From: an uncultured Gammaproteobacteria bacterium
GTDB taxonomy: Bacteria > Patescibacteriota > Microgenomatia > UBA1406 > GWC2-37-13
DNA length: 64,000 nt
Direction of reading: 5' to 3'
NCBI GenBank assembly: GCA_964476135.1
Contig: CAYYYG010000002.1
Location: 8,005 to 72,004, forward strand
Part shown: positions 39,432 to 48,331 of the stretch, piece after piece
Layout: every line of letters starts with the position of its first letter
Numbering within the stretch: position 1 is the stretch's first letter
The notes under the pieces: generated by a model
What the model saw: the letters and a program-made list of their open reading frames with translations, nothing else
Databases searched by the model: none
What the model was told of the DNA's origin: nothing
Position numbers and translations under genes: made by a program

Positions 39432-41041
39432 CATTAAGTCTATCGATATCCAAGAAAACGCTTAGTTCAATAAAAAAGTGGTCAGAAACGGCGCCATGGA
39501 TGTTTTTTGTTGTGATGTTAGCAATCGAGGCGGCCATACTGTCTTCTGTAACAGCTTATTTTTATGATGTGATTGTGGCTTATGGAGACTCCGAGTCTCA
39601 CCTTAACATTTCAAAACGTGTCGTTACCAGCCTGACACCAGGATTAGCACAACTCGGAGGTATATGGTTACCATTGCCGCATTTACTCATGATGCCGTTC
39701 GTCTGGAATGATTTTCTTTGGTACACAGGCATTGCCGGATCAATTGTGTCAGGAATGGCGTTTGTTGTAAGCGCGATTTACCTGTATAAGTTTGCCTACT
39801 TGATAACGAAAAATAAACTAGCGTCTTTTGTAGCTTTTCTTGCATTCGCTTCAAATCCGAATATATTATATATTCAGGCGACCCCGATGACTGAAATGTT
39901 GCTTATAGCTTTTTTCATCCTGTCATCTTATTATTTCACATGTTTTTTAATAGATCGAAACGATTTTAAAGGTCTTATGCTCGCGGCGATCTTTGGTTTT
40001 TGCGCGTCGCTATCACGCTATGACGGTTGGTTCTTGGTTCTTTTTGAAAGTATGGTGATAATCCTCAGATATTTACCGCTTGAGAAAAAAAAATATCACG
40101 AAATGGAGGGAAAACTCATAATATTTTCTACACTTGCCCTTATAGGTATCGCACTATGGCTTTTCTGGGATTACCTTATTCTTGGAGACCCTTTCTATTT
40201 TACCAACAGTCAGTTTTCGGCAAAATCTCAGCAATCCGCATGGTTAGCTCGCGGAGAGCTACCAGCTTATCATAATCCGTTAGTTGCATTTATTTACTAC
40301 TTCGCAACTAGCATGAGTAATTCAGGAATACTTATATTCTTAGCATCGTTCATAGGGCTATATAAGTACATTTTCGAAAAACGCAGCTATACGCGTTTTC
40401 TTATCCTCATCATCCTCCTGGTACCATTTGTCTTTTATGTTTTTACTATGTACGTAGGGCAGTCGGTTATTTTTATACCCAGCATTACACCAACTACATT
40501 TGAATGGACACTTTTTAACGTGCGCTATGGACTGATGATGGTCCCTGTAGTAGCATTTTTCTTTGCCTTTGCCTTTTACAAATCCGATATAGCAATGCGT
40601 GTGTTTCTTATAGTGCTATTGTTTACCCAGTTTGGGCTTTACACGGTAGGATTCTCAAAAGTAGTGACTCTGGCAGACGGCACAGAGGGACTTTCAAGAC
40701 AAAAAAAGGACTTTGCCGAGGTTTGGCTTACTGATAACTATGACGATGGGTATGTGCTAATTGACGACTATGCTCGTTCAATCAGTATAACGAGAACACG
40801 CATACCAATGCAAAACATCATTTATCTAGGTAATAAACCTTACTTTGAACTGGCGCTCAGACATCCGGAAAAATATGCAAAATGGGTCATAATGCAGAGA
40901 GATGATATTATCTGGAGATCTATATATGACGTCAAACAAAGACAGGATGATCTTTATAAACACTATGAAAAAGCATATACGTCACCGACCACACTCATCT
41001 TCAAGCGAATGGATCAATATGATACGGATTTTCGACCATAA
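39428..41041 (+). CDS. second GT-C fold polytopic membrane glycosyltransferase (PMT/ArnT superfamily-like) with C-terminal soluble domain
   Basis: 537 aa with more than 10 TM helices. First loop YGDSESHLNISKRVVTSLTPGLAQLGGIWLPLPHLL. ATGA overlap with the upstream GT-C gene. Confidence 0.5.
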   Translation: MTLSLSISKKTLSSIKKWSETAPWMFFVVMLAIEAAILSSVTAYFYDVIVAYGDSESHLNISKRVVTSLTPGLAQLGGIWLPLPHLLMMPFVWNDFLWYTGIAGSIVSGMAFVVSAIYLYKFAYLITKNKLASFVAFLAFASNPNILYIQATPMTEMLLIAFFILSSYYFTCFLIDRNDFKGLMLAAIFGFCASLSRYDGWFLVLFESMVIILRYLPLEKKKYHEMEGKLIIFSTLALIGIALWLFWDYLILGDPFYFTNSQFSAKSQQSAWLARGELPAYHNPLVAFIYYFATSMSNSGILIFLASFIGLYKYIFEKRSYTRFLILIILLVPFVFYVFTMYVGQSVIFIPSITPTTFEWTLFNVRYGLMMVPVVAFFFAFAFYKSDIAMRVFLIVLLFTQFGLYTVGFSKVVTLADGTEGLSRQKKDFAEVWLTDNYDDGYVLIDDYARSISITRTRIPMQNIIYLGNKPYFELALRHPEKYAKWVIMQRDDIIWRSIYDVKQRQDDLYKHYEKAYTSPTTLIFKRMDQYDTDFRP

Positions 41042-41056
41042 ATACAGCCATAATAC

Positions 41057-41065
41057 TGATATAAT
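41057..41065 (+). promoter_or_regulatory. extended -10 TGaTATAAT upstream of the hydrolase gene at 41114
   Basis: tgatataat at 41057-41065. Confidence 0.4.
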
Positions 41066-41113
41066 GTATTATCGTTTATAGTCAAAATTTCAATTCAAAT
41101 CTAACATCCCCTC

Positions 41114-42346
41114 ATGAATTTAAGATATATACCCGTATTGGTTTTGTTCACACTCATCCTAAGTCCTTCTCTATACGCTGCCGAAAGATTTTTCGAAATA
41201 CAGGCGATTGACACAATGAAGGAATCGCGTGATCTTGCTAGAGAAAAACTTAAAGATATAGAATACGAAAGTAAAATCGAAATCCAGATAAAAAAAATCG
41301 CTGATACAGGAGCGACACACATCGCGATCGGAACACCATATGATCAGGAGTTTACACCATTCCTGAAAAAATGGGTAGTCGCAGCTCGTAAAAACGGTCT
41401 AAAAGTATGGTTTCGTGGCAACCTCGCAGGTTGGGAAGAATGGTTTGATTATCCTAAAATATCCAGGCAGACACACATAGAACAAACAGTGAACTTTATT
41501 AAAAACAATAAAGATTTATTCGAAAATGGCGATATTTTCGTTTCCTGCCCTGAATGCGAAAACGGAGGTCCGGGTGATCCGAGGATGAACGGTGACGTTG
41601 ATGGTCATAGAAAATTTTTGATTGAAGAACATGAGGTCGTCAGCAAAACATTCAAAGAGATGAGGCTAGATATCAACACCAGTCTTCATTCGATGAATGG
41701 CGATGTTGCTAAGTTGGTAATGAATAAAGAAACCACAAAATCGCTTGGAGGCGTAGTAACCATCGATCATTATGTTGAGAGCCCGGAGACCTTAAATCAG
41801 GACATAAATGAAATCGCCGAGTCTTCAGGTGGCAAAATCGTTCTCGGTGAAATCGGAGCACCCATACTCGATATACATGGTGAATTCAAGGAAAATGAGC
41901 AAGCTGAATGGATCAGAAATACTTTCGATTATTTGATTAAAAATCATAACGTGATCGGTCTGAATTACTGGGTCAACAAGGGTGGATCCACACATTTGTG
42001 GAACGACGACGATACCGCACGCGAAGCAGTTGATGTTATCACTTATTATTTTAAGCCCAAGGTTGTTTATGGTACTATAAGTGATGATATCAAACTCCGA
42101 TTAAGGCAAGTCGAAATCGAAAGCAGCTATCGTAAAATAATATCTGACAACGGAGTATACACCATCCCAGTTTTAGATGATGAAAAAATAATATTTAGGA
42201 AGAACGAATACAAAGAGGTGACTAAATCGATCGATCATAGCTTAAAAATGGGTAGAAACAAGATAGATATCGTCATGTACCCAGAGAATCCTTCACTGTT
42301 CTACATGATATTAAAAAGAATCAAGCAATGGACAGGAAAAATCTGA
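41114..42346 (+). CDS. secreted TIM-barrel glycoside hydrolase-like protein (clan GH-A-like) with C-terminal beta-sandwich domain
   Basis: Signal peptide MNLRYIPVLVLFTLILSPSLYAA. Candidate acid/base CPECENGG and nucleophile LGEIGAP are spaced about 95 aa apart, as in clan-A hydrolases. Family assignment is uncertain. Confidence 0.45.
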   Translation: MNLRYIPVLVLFTLILSPSLYAAERFFEIQAIDTMKESRDLAREKLKDIEYESKIEIQIKKIADTGATHIAIGTPYDQEFTPFLKKWVVAARKNGLKVWFRGNLAGWEEWFDYPKISRQTHIEQTVNFIKNNKDLFENGDIFVSCPECENGGPGDPRMNGDVDGHRKFLIEEHEVVSKTFKEMRLDINTSLHSMNGDVAKLVMNKETTKSLGGVVTIDHYVESPETLNQDINEIAESSGGKIVLGEIGAPILDIHGEFKENEQAEWIRNTFDYLIKNHNVIGLNYWVNKGGSTHLWNDDDTAREAVDVITYYFKPKVVYGTISDDIKLRLRQVEIESSYRKIISDNGVYTIPVLDDEKIIFRKNEYKEVTKSIDHSLKMGRNKIDIVMYPENPSLFYMILKRIKQWTGKI

Positions 42347-42349
42347 ATG

Positions 42350-42423
42350 TGCGCACGCCTGGACTTGAACCAGGGACCTTTGCAATGTGAATGCAACGCT
42401 CTAGCCAACTGAGCTACGCGCGC
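42350..42423 (-). tRNA. tRNA-Val (anticodon CAC), CCA not encoded
   Basis: The rc reads GCGCGCG-TA-GCTC-AGTTGGCTA-GAGC-G-TTGCA-TTCACAT-TGCAA-AGGTC-CCTGG-TTCAAGT-CCAGG-CGTGCGC-A. Confidence 0.9.
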
Positions 42424-42431
42424 TTCTGGTA

Positions 42432-42440
42432 ATTATACCA
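42432..42440 (-). promoter_or_regulatory. extended -10 TGgTATAAT, only 8 nt upstream of the mature 5-prime end of tRNA-Val
   Basis: The rc of 42432-42440 reads TGGTATAAT. Confidence 0.5.
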
Positions 42441-42488
42441 CTTTTCTCATATTGTTTTTTTTATCTTTTTTCTCTAAAATGAAGTCTT

Positions 42489-43115
42489 ATGAACCTTGTA
42501 AAAAAAATTATCGAGTTTGTAATGGACATACTTGAGACAGTCGTGTTCGTGGGTTCGTTATTTATAGTCATATACCTCTTTATACTTCAACCAAACCAAA
42601 TTAAAGGCGCTTCAATGGAACCGACGTTTGAATCAGGCGATTATATTTTCACCAGTAAAATCACCTACAGGTTCCGCCATCCTGAACGTGGCGACATAGT
42701 GGTATTTCGCTCACCCAGAAACCAAGATATCGAATTCATAAAGCGAATTATTGGACTGCCAGGAGATATTGTGATGGTTCGCAATCAGGAAGTATATGTT
42801 AACGACAATATGTTATCTGAACCTTATATTTCATCAAAAACTCCACTGTGGGAGGGTGGATTTATTAAGGAAGGCACTCCATATTTAGTTCCGGATGGGG
42901 AAATATTTGTTATGGGGGATAACCGCCCAAGATCTTCTGATTCCAGAGAATTTGGTTCCATTCCAGTAGAGACCGTCATCGGACAAGTATTTTACAGGTA
43001 CTTTCCTACTCCAAAAATGGGGGCACTAAAAAATCCATTTCCCGAATCCTTACGAAGCTTATTAAATACTTTTAACCCTTCATTTTCTGCAGTATTGAGA
43101 GCAGTGCGGGCGTAG
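42489..43115 (+). CDS. lepB: signal peptidase I
   Basis: Catalytic Ser box GASMEPTF, Lys box KRIIGLPGD, and GDNRPRSSDSREFG. Confidence 0.92.
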   Translation: MNLVKKIIEFVMDILETVVFVGSLFIVIYLFILQPNQIKGASMEPTFESGDYIFTSKITYRFRHPERGDIVVFRSPRNQDIEFIKRIIGLPGDIVMVRNQEVYVNDNMLSEPYISSKTPLWEGGFIKEGTPYLVPDGEIFVMGDNRPRSSDSREFGSIPVETVIGQVFYRYFPTPKMGALKNPFPESLRSLLNTFNPSFSAVLRAVRA

Positions 43116-43614
43116 TTTTTTCCAGACCACCCTTCAATTCGACTACTAGACGTCCTCTTACTCTAGTCTGTACAATTTTAACTGAATATTCGATTTCAAG
43201 ATCAGATAGCGATTTATATATGTCGGCAGCTGCGTTTTTTTCAAGATATTTTCCACCAGTGTCCACATGATAAAGCATTTCTCGAATGAGAGCCTCAGCT
43301 TGAAGCGCTGTAAGATTGTTGCTTAAAATTTTTTCATAGGCCAATAGCATTTGGTCATGCGTGCCTAGTCGAGCAATAATGAACAAGTGGCTCAATGATA
43401 TGGTCTTGCTATAGTAGCCGTCACGGACTATTTCAGGTAGTTTGATCAATCTAAGAATATGACAAATATATGCCGGCTTATAATTAAGTTTTTCTGCGAG
43501 GTCCTTAACACGTACTTTTTTCTCTGTTTTTAAACGATGCAGTACTACAGCTTTATTGAAATAATCTTCTTCTTTTCTAACTTGTTCCAGCAGCCTGACT
43601 GTTTCCGCGTCCAT
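43072..43614 (-). CDS. ParB-like HTH DNA-binding protein lacking the N-terminal ParB/Srx (CTPase) domain
   Basis: VKDLAEKLNYKPAYICHILRLIKLPEIVRDGYYSKTISLSHLFIIARL matches the ParB HTH segment. There is no GxxRxxA box or upstream domain. 180 aa. Confidence 0.55.
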   Translation of the reverse strand: MDAETVRLLEQVRKEEDYFNKAVVLHRLKTEKKVRVKDLAEKLNYKPAYICHILRLIKLPEIVRDGYYSKTISLSHLFIIARLGTHDQMLLAYEKILSNNLTALQAEALIREMLYHVDTGGKYLEKNAAADIYKSLSDLEIEYSVKIVQTRVRGRLVVELKGGLEKTTPALLSILQKMKG

Positions 43615-43620
43615 AAAGAT

Positions 43621-43629
43621 ATTTTATCA
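43621..43629 (-). promoter_or_regulatory. extended -10 TGaTAAAAT, 6 nt upstream of the ParB-like ATG (leaderless prediction)
   Basis: The rc of 43621-43629 reads TGATAAAAT. The spacer is atcttt. Confidence 0.45.
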
Positions 43630-43658
43630 GAAATACAGTCTTTATATTTTGGATTTAT

Positions 43659-43910
43659 TTATGAAGCATCAACGGCGACGTACTGCCTACCATATCTTGA
43701 AAAAAAGCGAACTACGCCTCCCCTTGCGGCAACGATAGTATGATCGCGTGAGACGATTACCCCGTCCGCCCCATGGACTTTAGTACCTCGCTGTCTAATT
43801 ATGATATTCCCCGATTTGACAGTTTGTCCACCATAAACCTTTATACCTAATCTTTTTGATATAGAATCTCTATTTCCTCTTACAGCTCTTTGTGCTTTTG
43901 TATGTGCCAT
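43659..43910 (-). CDS. rpmA: 50S ribosomal protein L27
   Basis: MAHTKAQRAVRGNRDSISKRLGIKVYGGQ...IIIRQRGTKVH.G. Confidence 0.93.
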   Translation of the reverse strand: MAHTKAQRAVRGNRDSISKRLGIKVYGGQTVKSGNIIIRQRGTKVHGADGVIVSRDHTIVAARGGVVRFFSRYGRQYVAVDAS

Positions 43911-43915
43911 ATTTG

Positions 43916-44221
43916 TTAGATTTTTGTAATCTTGATTTTTGTCAATTGAGGCCTGAATCCGGTTACGCGTCGGTATCTGACCTTAGACTTAAATCGGGCT
44001 ACTCTGATTTTATCACCTTTTACAGTTGCTAAAATCGTCGCTTTAACTGTTTTTTCTAGTAAAGGAGTCCCGATTTCAGATGATTTTCCGGAAAAGATAG
44101 CCATAGCAGGCATTTCTACAACATCATTCTCCTTACCATCTATTTTATCGATAAATAACTCATCTTGTTCTTTTACCAAGTATTGTTTTCCACCTGATTT
44201 GATAACTGCGAGTGTTTGCAT
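43916..44221 (-). CDS. rplU: 50S ribosomal protein L21
   Basis: AVIKSGGKQYLVKEQDELFIDKI...GDKIRVARFKSKVRYRR. Confidence 0.93.
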   Translation of the reverse strand: MQTLAVIKSGGKQYLVKEQDELFIDKIDGKENDVVEMPAMAIFSGKSSEIGTPLLEKTVKATILATVKGDKIRVARFKSKVRYRRVTGFRPQLTKIKITKI

Positions 44222-44231
44222 AATAGCAATA

Positions 44232-44259
44232 ATTATACCTGAAAATACACGATCTGCAA
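44232..44259 (-). promoter_or_regulatory. sigma70-like promoter TTGCAG-16-TATAAT, 10 nt upstream of the rplU ATG
   Basis: The rc of 44254-44259 reads TTGCAG and the rc of 44232-44237 reads TATAAT. Confidence 0.45.
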
Positions 44260-44275
44260 GCGTAATTGTGCAGAT

Positions 44276-45313
44276 TTATAAAGGTAAAAGAGACATGGCA
44301 AAAAGCAATGTTACAAGTGAGGATCCACCGTAGGATATAAGAGGCAGAGTTATACCGGTTATGGGCACCATTCCCAAATTCATACCTATATTGATAAAAA
44401 CTTGAAATAAAAACATACTTAAAAACCCCAGAATCATATAAAAATTGAAGGCCTCTTCCTCCGATTTTCTATGGTGATATCTTAATAATCGTTGTACCAG
44501 ATATACGAATATCATCGCATAAAGCAGAATCACAACAAATCCACCGACAAATCCGAACTGCTCTACCAAAGAAGAATAAGCAAAATCCGTATGATTTTCT
44601 GGCAAAAAATGCAGCTGTGATTGTGTTCCCAGCCCTAACCCCCTACCAATCAGCTTGCCTGATCCTACCGTGATTATAGCTTGAGTCATATTATACGAAG
44701 ATCCTTGTCTGTCAACATGAGGACTGATAAAACTTAAAATTCTTGCTTTTTGATAATCTTTAAGAGTATATATCCCGATAGGCAGTGAGACTATAGTGAT
44801 AATTGTCAAGAAAAGCAAGTATCTCTTGGGTATTGAAGAAAACAAAATCATCGTCATAAACACAACCGTATATACCATTGCACTTCCGAGATCGGGCTGC
44901 TTGAATATAATCAAAGTAGGAATAGCAAACAGCAGACAAAATTTGAAAAACGTACTGAGTGTCGGTTCTTTTCTTCTTACGGCAGATAACGCTTGCGCAA
45001 AATACAATATGAAAAAAATCTTAAAAAATTCAGAGGGTTGGAAGTTGAAAACATATAGGTCTATCCATCTTTTGGAACCCCTTGCTTCCAGTCCGACAAT
45101 GTAAGTAATCGATAAAATAATTACAAATAAAATATAAAAATTCAAGGAATTTATCTTGAAAAATCTTATACCTACACGTCGGCCGACAAAATAAAGAAAA
45201 AGACCCACAACCATATACTCGATATAGTTCCAGACAAGATTATTATTTATGCCCAATAAATTGAAGAATCCAAAGACACACAAAAATAATGTTGGTAAAA
45301 GGAGGCCGATCAT
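44276..45313 (-). CDS. rodA: SEDS-family peptidoglycan glycosyltransferase (RodA-type, outside the dcw cluster)
   Basis: Polytopic membrane protein with QPSEFFKIFFILYFA, FKQPDLGSA, PENHTDFAYS and LPLISYGGSS. Confidence 0.8.
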   Translation of the reverse strand: MIGLLLPTLFLCVFGFFNLLGINNNLVWNYIEYMVVGLFLYFVGRRVGIRFFKINSLNFYILFVIILSITYIVGLEARGSKRWIDLYVFNFQPSEFFKIFFILYFAQALSAVRRKEPTLSTFFKFCLLFAIPTLIIFKQPDLGSAMVYTVVFMTMILFSSIPKRYLLFLTIITIVSLPIGIYTLKDYQKARILSFISPHVDRQGSSYNMTQAIITVGSGKLIGRGLGLGTQSQLHFLPENHTDFAYSSLVEQFGFVGGFVVILLYAMIFVYLVQRLLRYHHRKSEEEAFNFYMILGFLSMFLFQVFINIGMNLGMVPITGITLPLISYGGSSLVTLLFAMSLLPL

Positions 45314-45327
45314 ATAGTTCTATCTTA

Positions 45328-48276
45328 TTATAATAAGGCGAATTCTTGACCGTATTCGATAGAATCGATAAGAACCGACTGCCTTATTATTTGCTCGAAT
45401 TCTTTATACTCCGTCGGCAACCGCACTGCCACTTTTTGATCAGCGACGATATTGGCAGTTTTCCTCGCTGCCTGGATGCTTCTTATTAAATCACGAACCC
45501 TACCTTCAGCGGCCAAACTTGGAGTGATGTTAGTATCGAATACGACCTCAATGTTATCTCCGCCTGCGTTTAACACTACTTCCTTTACATTCAACTCTTC
45601 CTTTATCAGGTTAACGTATTGATAATTATAATTTTCGGCGAATTTACGTCCCCGAGGTAGTTTTATGTCCGCCATCGCTAACGGCTGTCTGAGTTTGATT
45701 TTAGACTCCTTACGCACTCTGTGGGCTATTTCTACAATTTCGCGGACAAACTGCATATCTGCTATCACCCTATCTTCTGATTTCAATTCAAGAAGTGGCC
45801 AACTGGCCATATGCACAGATTCTTCTCCTGTAAGATCTGTGTAGATCTCCTCTGTTATAAAGGGTAGGATTGGTGAAAGTATTATCGATAAATTGACTAG
45901 AATCTTAAACAAGGCTGTGTAGAATCCCCGTTTGTCTGCTTCATTTTTTGAATGTATAAATACCCGATTACGGCTTCGTCGTATAAACCAAGTAGACAGA
46001 TCCTCAACGAATTTTTCGACAGCAGCCGAGGCATCGCGTGAACTATATGCATCAAGCGACTCTTCATATGCTTTCACAGTCGTATCAAGACGATTAATTA
46101 TCCATATATCAAGAATATTTGTAAACTGCTCCACCGTGGCTTTACTATCAAATTTATCAAGTGCCGTGTATTCTTTATAGAACTTGTATATGTTCCATAG
46201 CATTAGATAAAACTTACGTCGTACTTCATCGGCTTTTTTATATCCGAACAGCATATTTTCAGCTGGATTTTCACGCGCAAACATCCATCGCATGACATCT
46301 ACGCCGATTTTGTCGGCTCCTTCGTTGAATTCTATCGAGTTGCCCCAGCTTTTATGCATCGCTCGTCCATCTTCCCCAAGCAATGTTCCAAAACCGAGCA
46401 CTCGCTTGAAGGGCGCTGAATCTTCCATAACCGTCGCTTCCGCAATTAGGGCATAAAACCAATTCTTAAATTGACCGGGGAAAGATTCGGTAATGAAATC
46501 TACCGGATACCATTTTTTCCACGTACTCTTGTCCTTGTTATATAAAGGCTCCTTGTTGTTGTCTGAAATCGTCGAAAAGGGCACTATACCCGCATCCAAC
46601 CAAGGATTTCCGACATCCTCTATGCGACTTATGCTTAAACCACATTTTTTACAATTTATTTTTACTTCATCGACATATGGCTTGTGTGGGGTTTTTCCTT
46701 CAAACTGGTCCCACCCGGATACCGCCCTCTCCTTAAGCTCTTCCTTTGAACCGATAATCTCGAATATTCCACATTTTTTACATTCATAAATCGGCAAGGA
46801 CAGCCCCCAATAGCGGTTTTTTTTACTGATGAGCCAGTCGTGCATATTGTTCAACCAGTCAAGCTCGCGATCCAAGCCGAATTCCGGCATCCATTTGATC
46901 TCTTTTGCGACCTTTATCATTCTCTCTCTGAGAGTTGAACTATCACCCTTTTTCGAGATAAGAGTGGGAAGGTCCATTGCGATATACCATTCATCAGCTA
47001 CTTTCCATACAAGCTCGGTTTTACAGCGCCAGCAAGCCGGATAGCGGTGTTTGTAGCGATGGATATTAAATATCCAGTGTTCACCTTTCGATTCCCGTAC
47101 TTTAAGGGCATCGAAAATAAGCTCCGGGTGCTTTTTTGCATTTTTTCCTGACAGAAATCCCATCGTATCGAGATAATCGGCATTGTCCGCAATTACCGGG
47201 ATCATCGGCAGCCCAAGCTGTTTGCCAAGCTTGAAGTCCTCTATGCCGGCAGAAACGGCGGTATGGACCATTCCTGTGCCTTCCTCTGGACTAATAGGAA
47301 GAATCATCGGGTCCGTCGGAATAACTTCATGAAATTTTTTGTGCTTTATTACCTTTTTGACAGCGGGCAACTCATCGAATGGTCCTGAATATTTCAAGCC
47401 AACAAGTTTATTTCCCGCAACTTTCTGTAATTCTTTACCAAATTTATCGCCAACTACACGTTTGACCGCATCTGATGCCAACCATATTTTTCGACCGTCG
47501 ACCAATTCCACTTGAGAATATTTTAGTTCAACATCGACTGCGACTGCGATATTTGCGGGTATAGTCCAGGGCGTCGTGGTCCAGATTAATAAATATTCAT
47601 TCTCTCGATCGAGAATTGGCAAAAGCAAGTATATCGCCTCATGCACCAGTTCTTTATAGTCTTCCGTCAACATTTCATGCTGAGAAATCGCCGTCTCACA
47701 CCTCGGACACCATGGTACGGATTCGCTTCCCTTATAAATCCAGCCGTTTTCGTGGCAAATTTTCAGAAACTTCCAGATCATGTAGTTATTATCATCACTC
47801 ATCGTAAAATATGAATTATCCCAATCCATAAAATAGGCAAGTCTTTTGGACTGATCGGTTTGGATGGAGGAATATTTCATCACACGATCTTTGCAGAGCT
47901 GAACAAATTTGGCTATCGATGCTTTTTTATCGCCGGGAACCAAATTTTCGATATCTTTTTTCGACTTCAATTTCAGTTCTTTTTCAACTTCCACCTCGAC
48001 CCAAAGCCCCTGACAGTCAAATCCATTTTGAAACCGCTGCTTGAAGCCCTTTAGATTGTGGTATTTTTGCCAAAGATCTTTATATGTGCGTCCCCATGCG
48101 TGATGGACACCCATGGGGTTATTAGCTGTGATCGGACCATCTTGAAAAGAATAATATTTTTTTGCCTTGCTGTTTTTTTTAAGATATTTTTTAATGATTC
48201 CCGAGTTATACCAATGCTTGAGCCATTTCTTTTCCATGGCAATAAAATCATGTGAAGGTTTATTTTGTTCTGTCAT
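45328..48276 (-). CDS. ileS: isoleucyl-tRNA synthetase
   Basis: HIGH-type PMGVHHAWGRT, KMSKS-type AMHKSWGNS, CP1 editing insertion, and Zn-binding CPRC/CWRC/CKKC pairs. 982 aa. Confidence 0.95.
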   Translation of the reverse strand: MTEQNKPSHDFIAMEKKWLKHWYNSGIIKKYLKKNSKAKKYYSFQDGPITANNPMGVHHAWGRTYKDLWQKYHNLKGFKQRFQNGFDCQGLWVEVEVEKELKLKSKKDIENLVPGDKKASIAKFVQLCKDRVMKYSSIQTDQSKRLAYFMDWDNSYFTMSDDNNYMIWKFLKICHENGWIYKGSESVPWCPRCETAISQHEMLTEDYKELVHEAIYLLLPILDRENEYLLIWTTTPWTIPANIAVAVDVELKYSQVELVDGRKIWLASDAVKRVVGDKFGKELQKVAGNKLVGLKYSGPFDELPAVKKVIKHKKFHEVIPTDPMILPISPEEGTGMVHTAVSAGIEDFKLGKQLGLPMIPVIADNADYLDTMGFLSGKNAKKHPELIFDALKVRESKGEHWIFNIHRYKHRYPACWRCKTELVWKVADEWYIAMDLPTLISKKGDSSTLRERMIKVAKEIKWMPEFGLDRELDWLNNMHDWLISKKNRYWGLSLPIYECKKCGIFEIIGSKEELKERAVSGWDQFEGKTPHKPYVDEVKINCKKCGLSISRIEDVGNPWLDAGIVPFSTISDNNKEPLYNKDKSTWKKWYPVDFITESFPGQFKNWFYALIAEATVMEDSAPFKRVLGFGTLLGEDGRAMHKSWGNSIEFNEGADKIGVDVMRWMFARENPAENMLFGYKKADEVRRKFYLMLWNIYKFYKEYTALDKFDSKATVEQFTNILDIWIINRLDTTVKAYEESLDAYSSRDASAAVEKFVEDLSTWFIRRSRNRVFIHSKNEADKRGFYTALFKILVNLSIILSPILPFITEEIYTDLTGEESVHMASWPLLELKSEDRVIADMQFVREIVEIAHRVRKESKIKLRQPLAMADIKLPRGRKFAENYNYQYVNLIKEELNVKEVVLNAGGDNIEVVFDTNITPSLAAEGRVRDLIRSIQAARKTANIVADQKVAVRLPTEYKEFEQIIRQSVLIDSIEYGQEFALL

Positions 48277-48282
48277 AGGGGT

Positions 48283-48311
48283 ATTGTAAATGAAAATATG
48301 TAAAATCTCAA
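48283..48311 (-). promoter_or_regulatory. sigma70-like promoter TTGAGA-17-TACAAT, 6 nt upstream of the ileS ATG (leaderless prediction)
   Basis: The rc of 48306-48311 reads TTGAGA, followed by a 17-nt spacer. The rc of 48283-48288 reads TACAAT, followed by spacer acccct and ATG at 48276. Confidence 0.5.
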
Positions 48312-48331
48312 CAATTCGGACTCATGCAGCA

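Noticed and set aside
23700-42440. Interpretation of the tRNA-bracketed block as a mobile genomic island or prophage
   Set aside because: I could find no integrase, transposase, recombinase, phage structural gene, or duplicated tRNA 3-prime segment by eye. Only composition and tRNA flanking hint at exchangeability, so no mobile_element feature is called.
48277-48331. T-box or other riboswitch leader upstream of ileS
   Set aside because: The whole gap is 55 nt and is fully accounted for by a -35/-10 promoter ending 6 nt from the ATG. There is no room for a T-box structure of about 200 nt.
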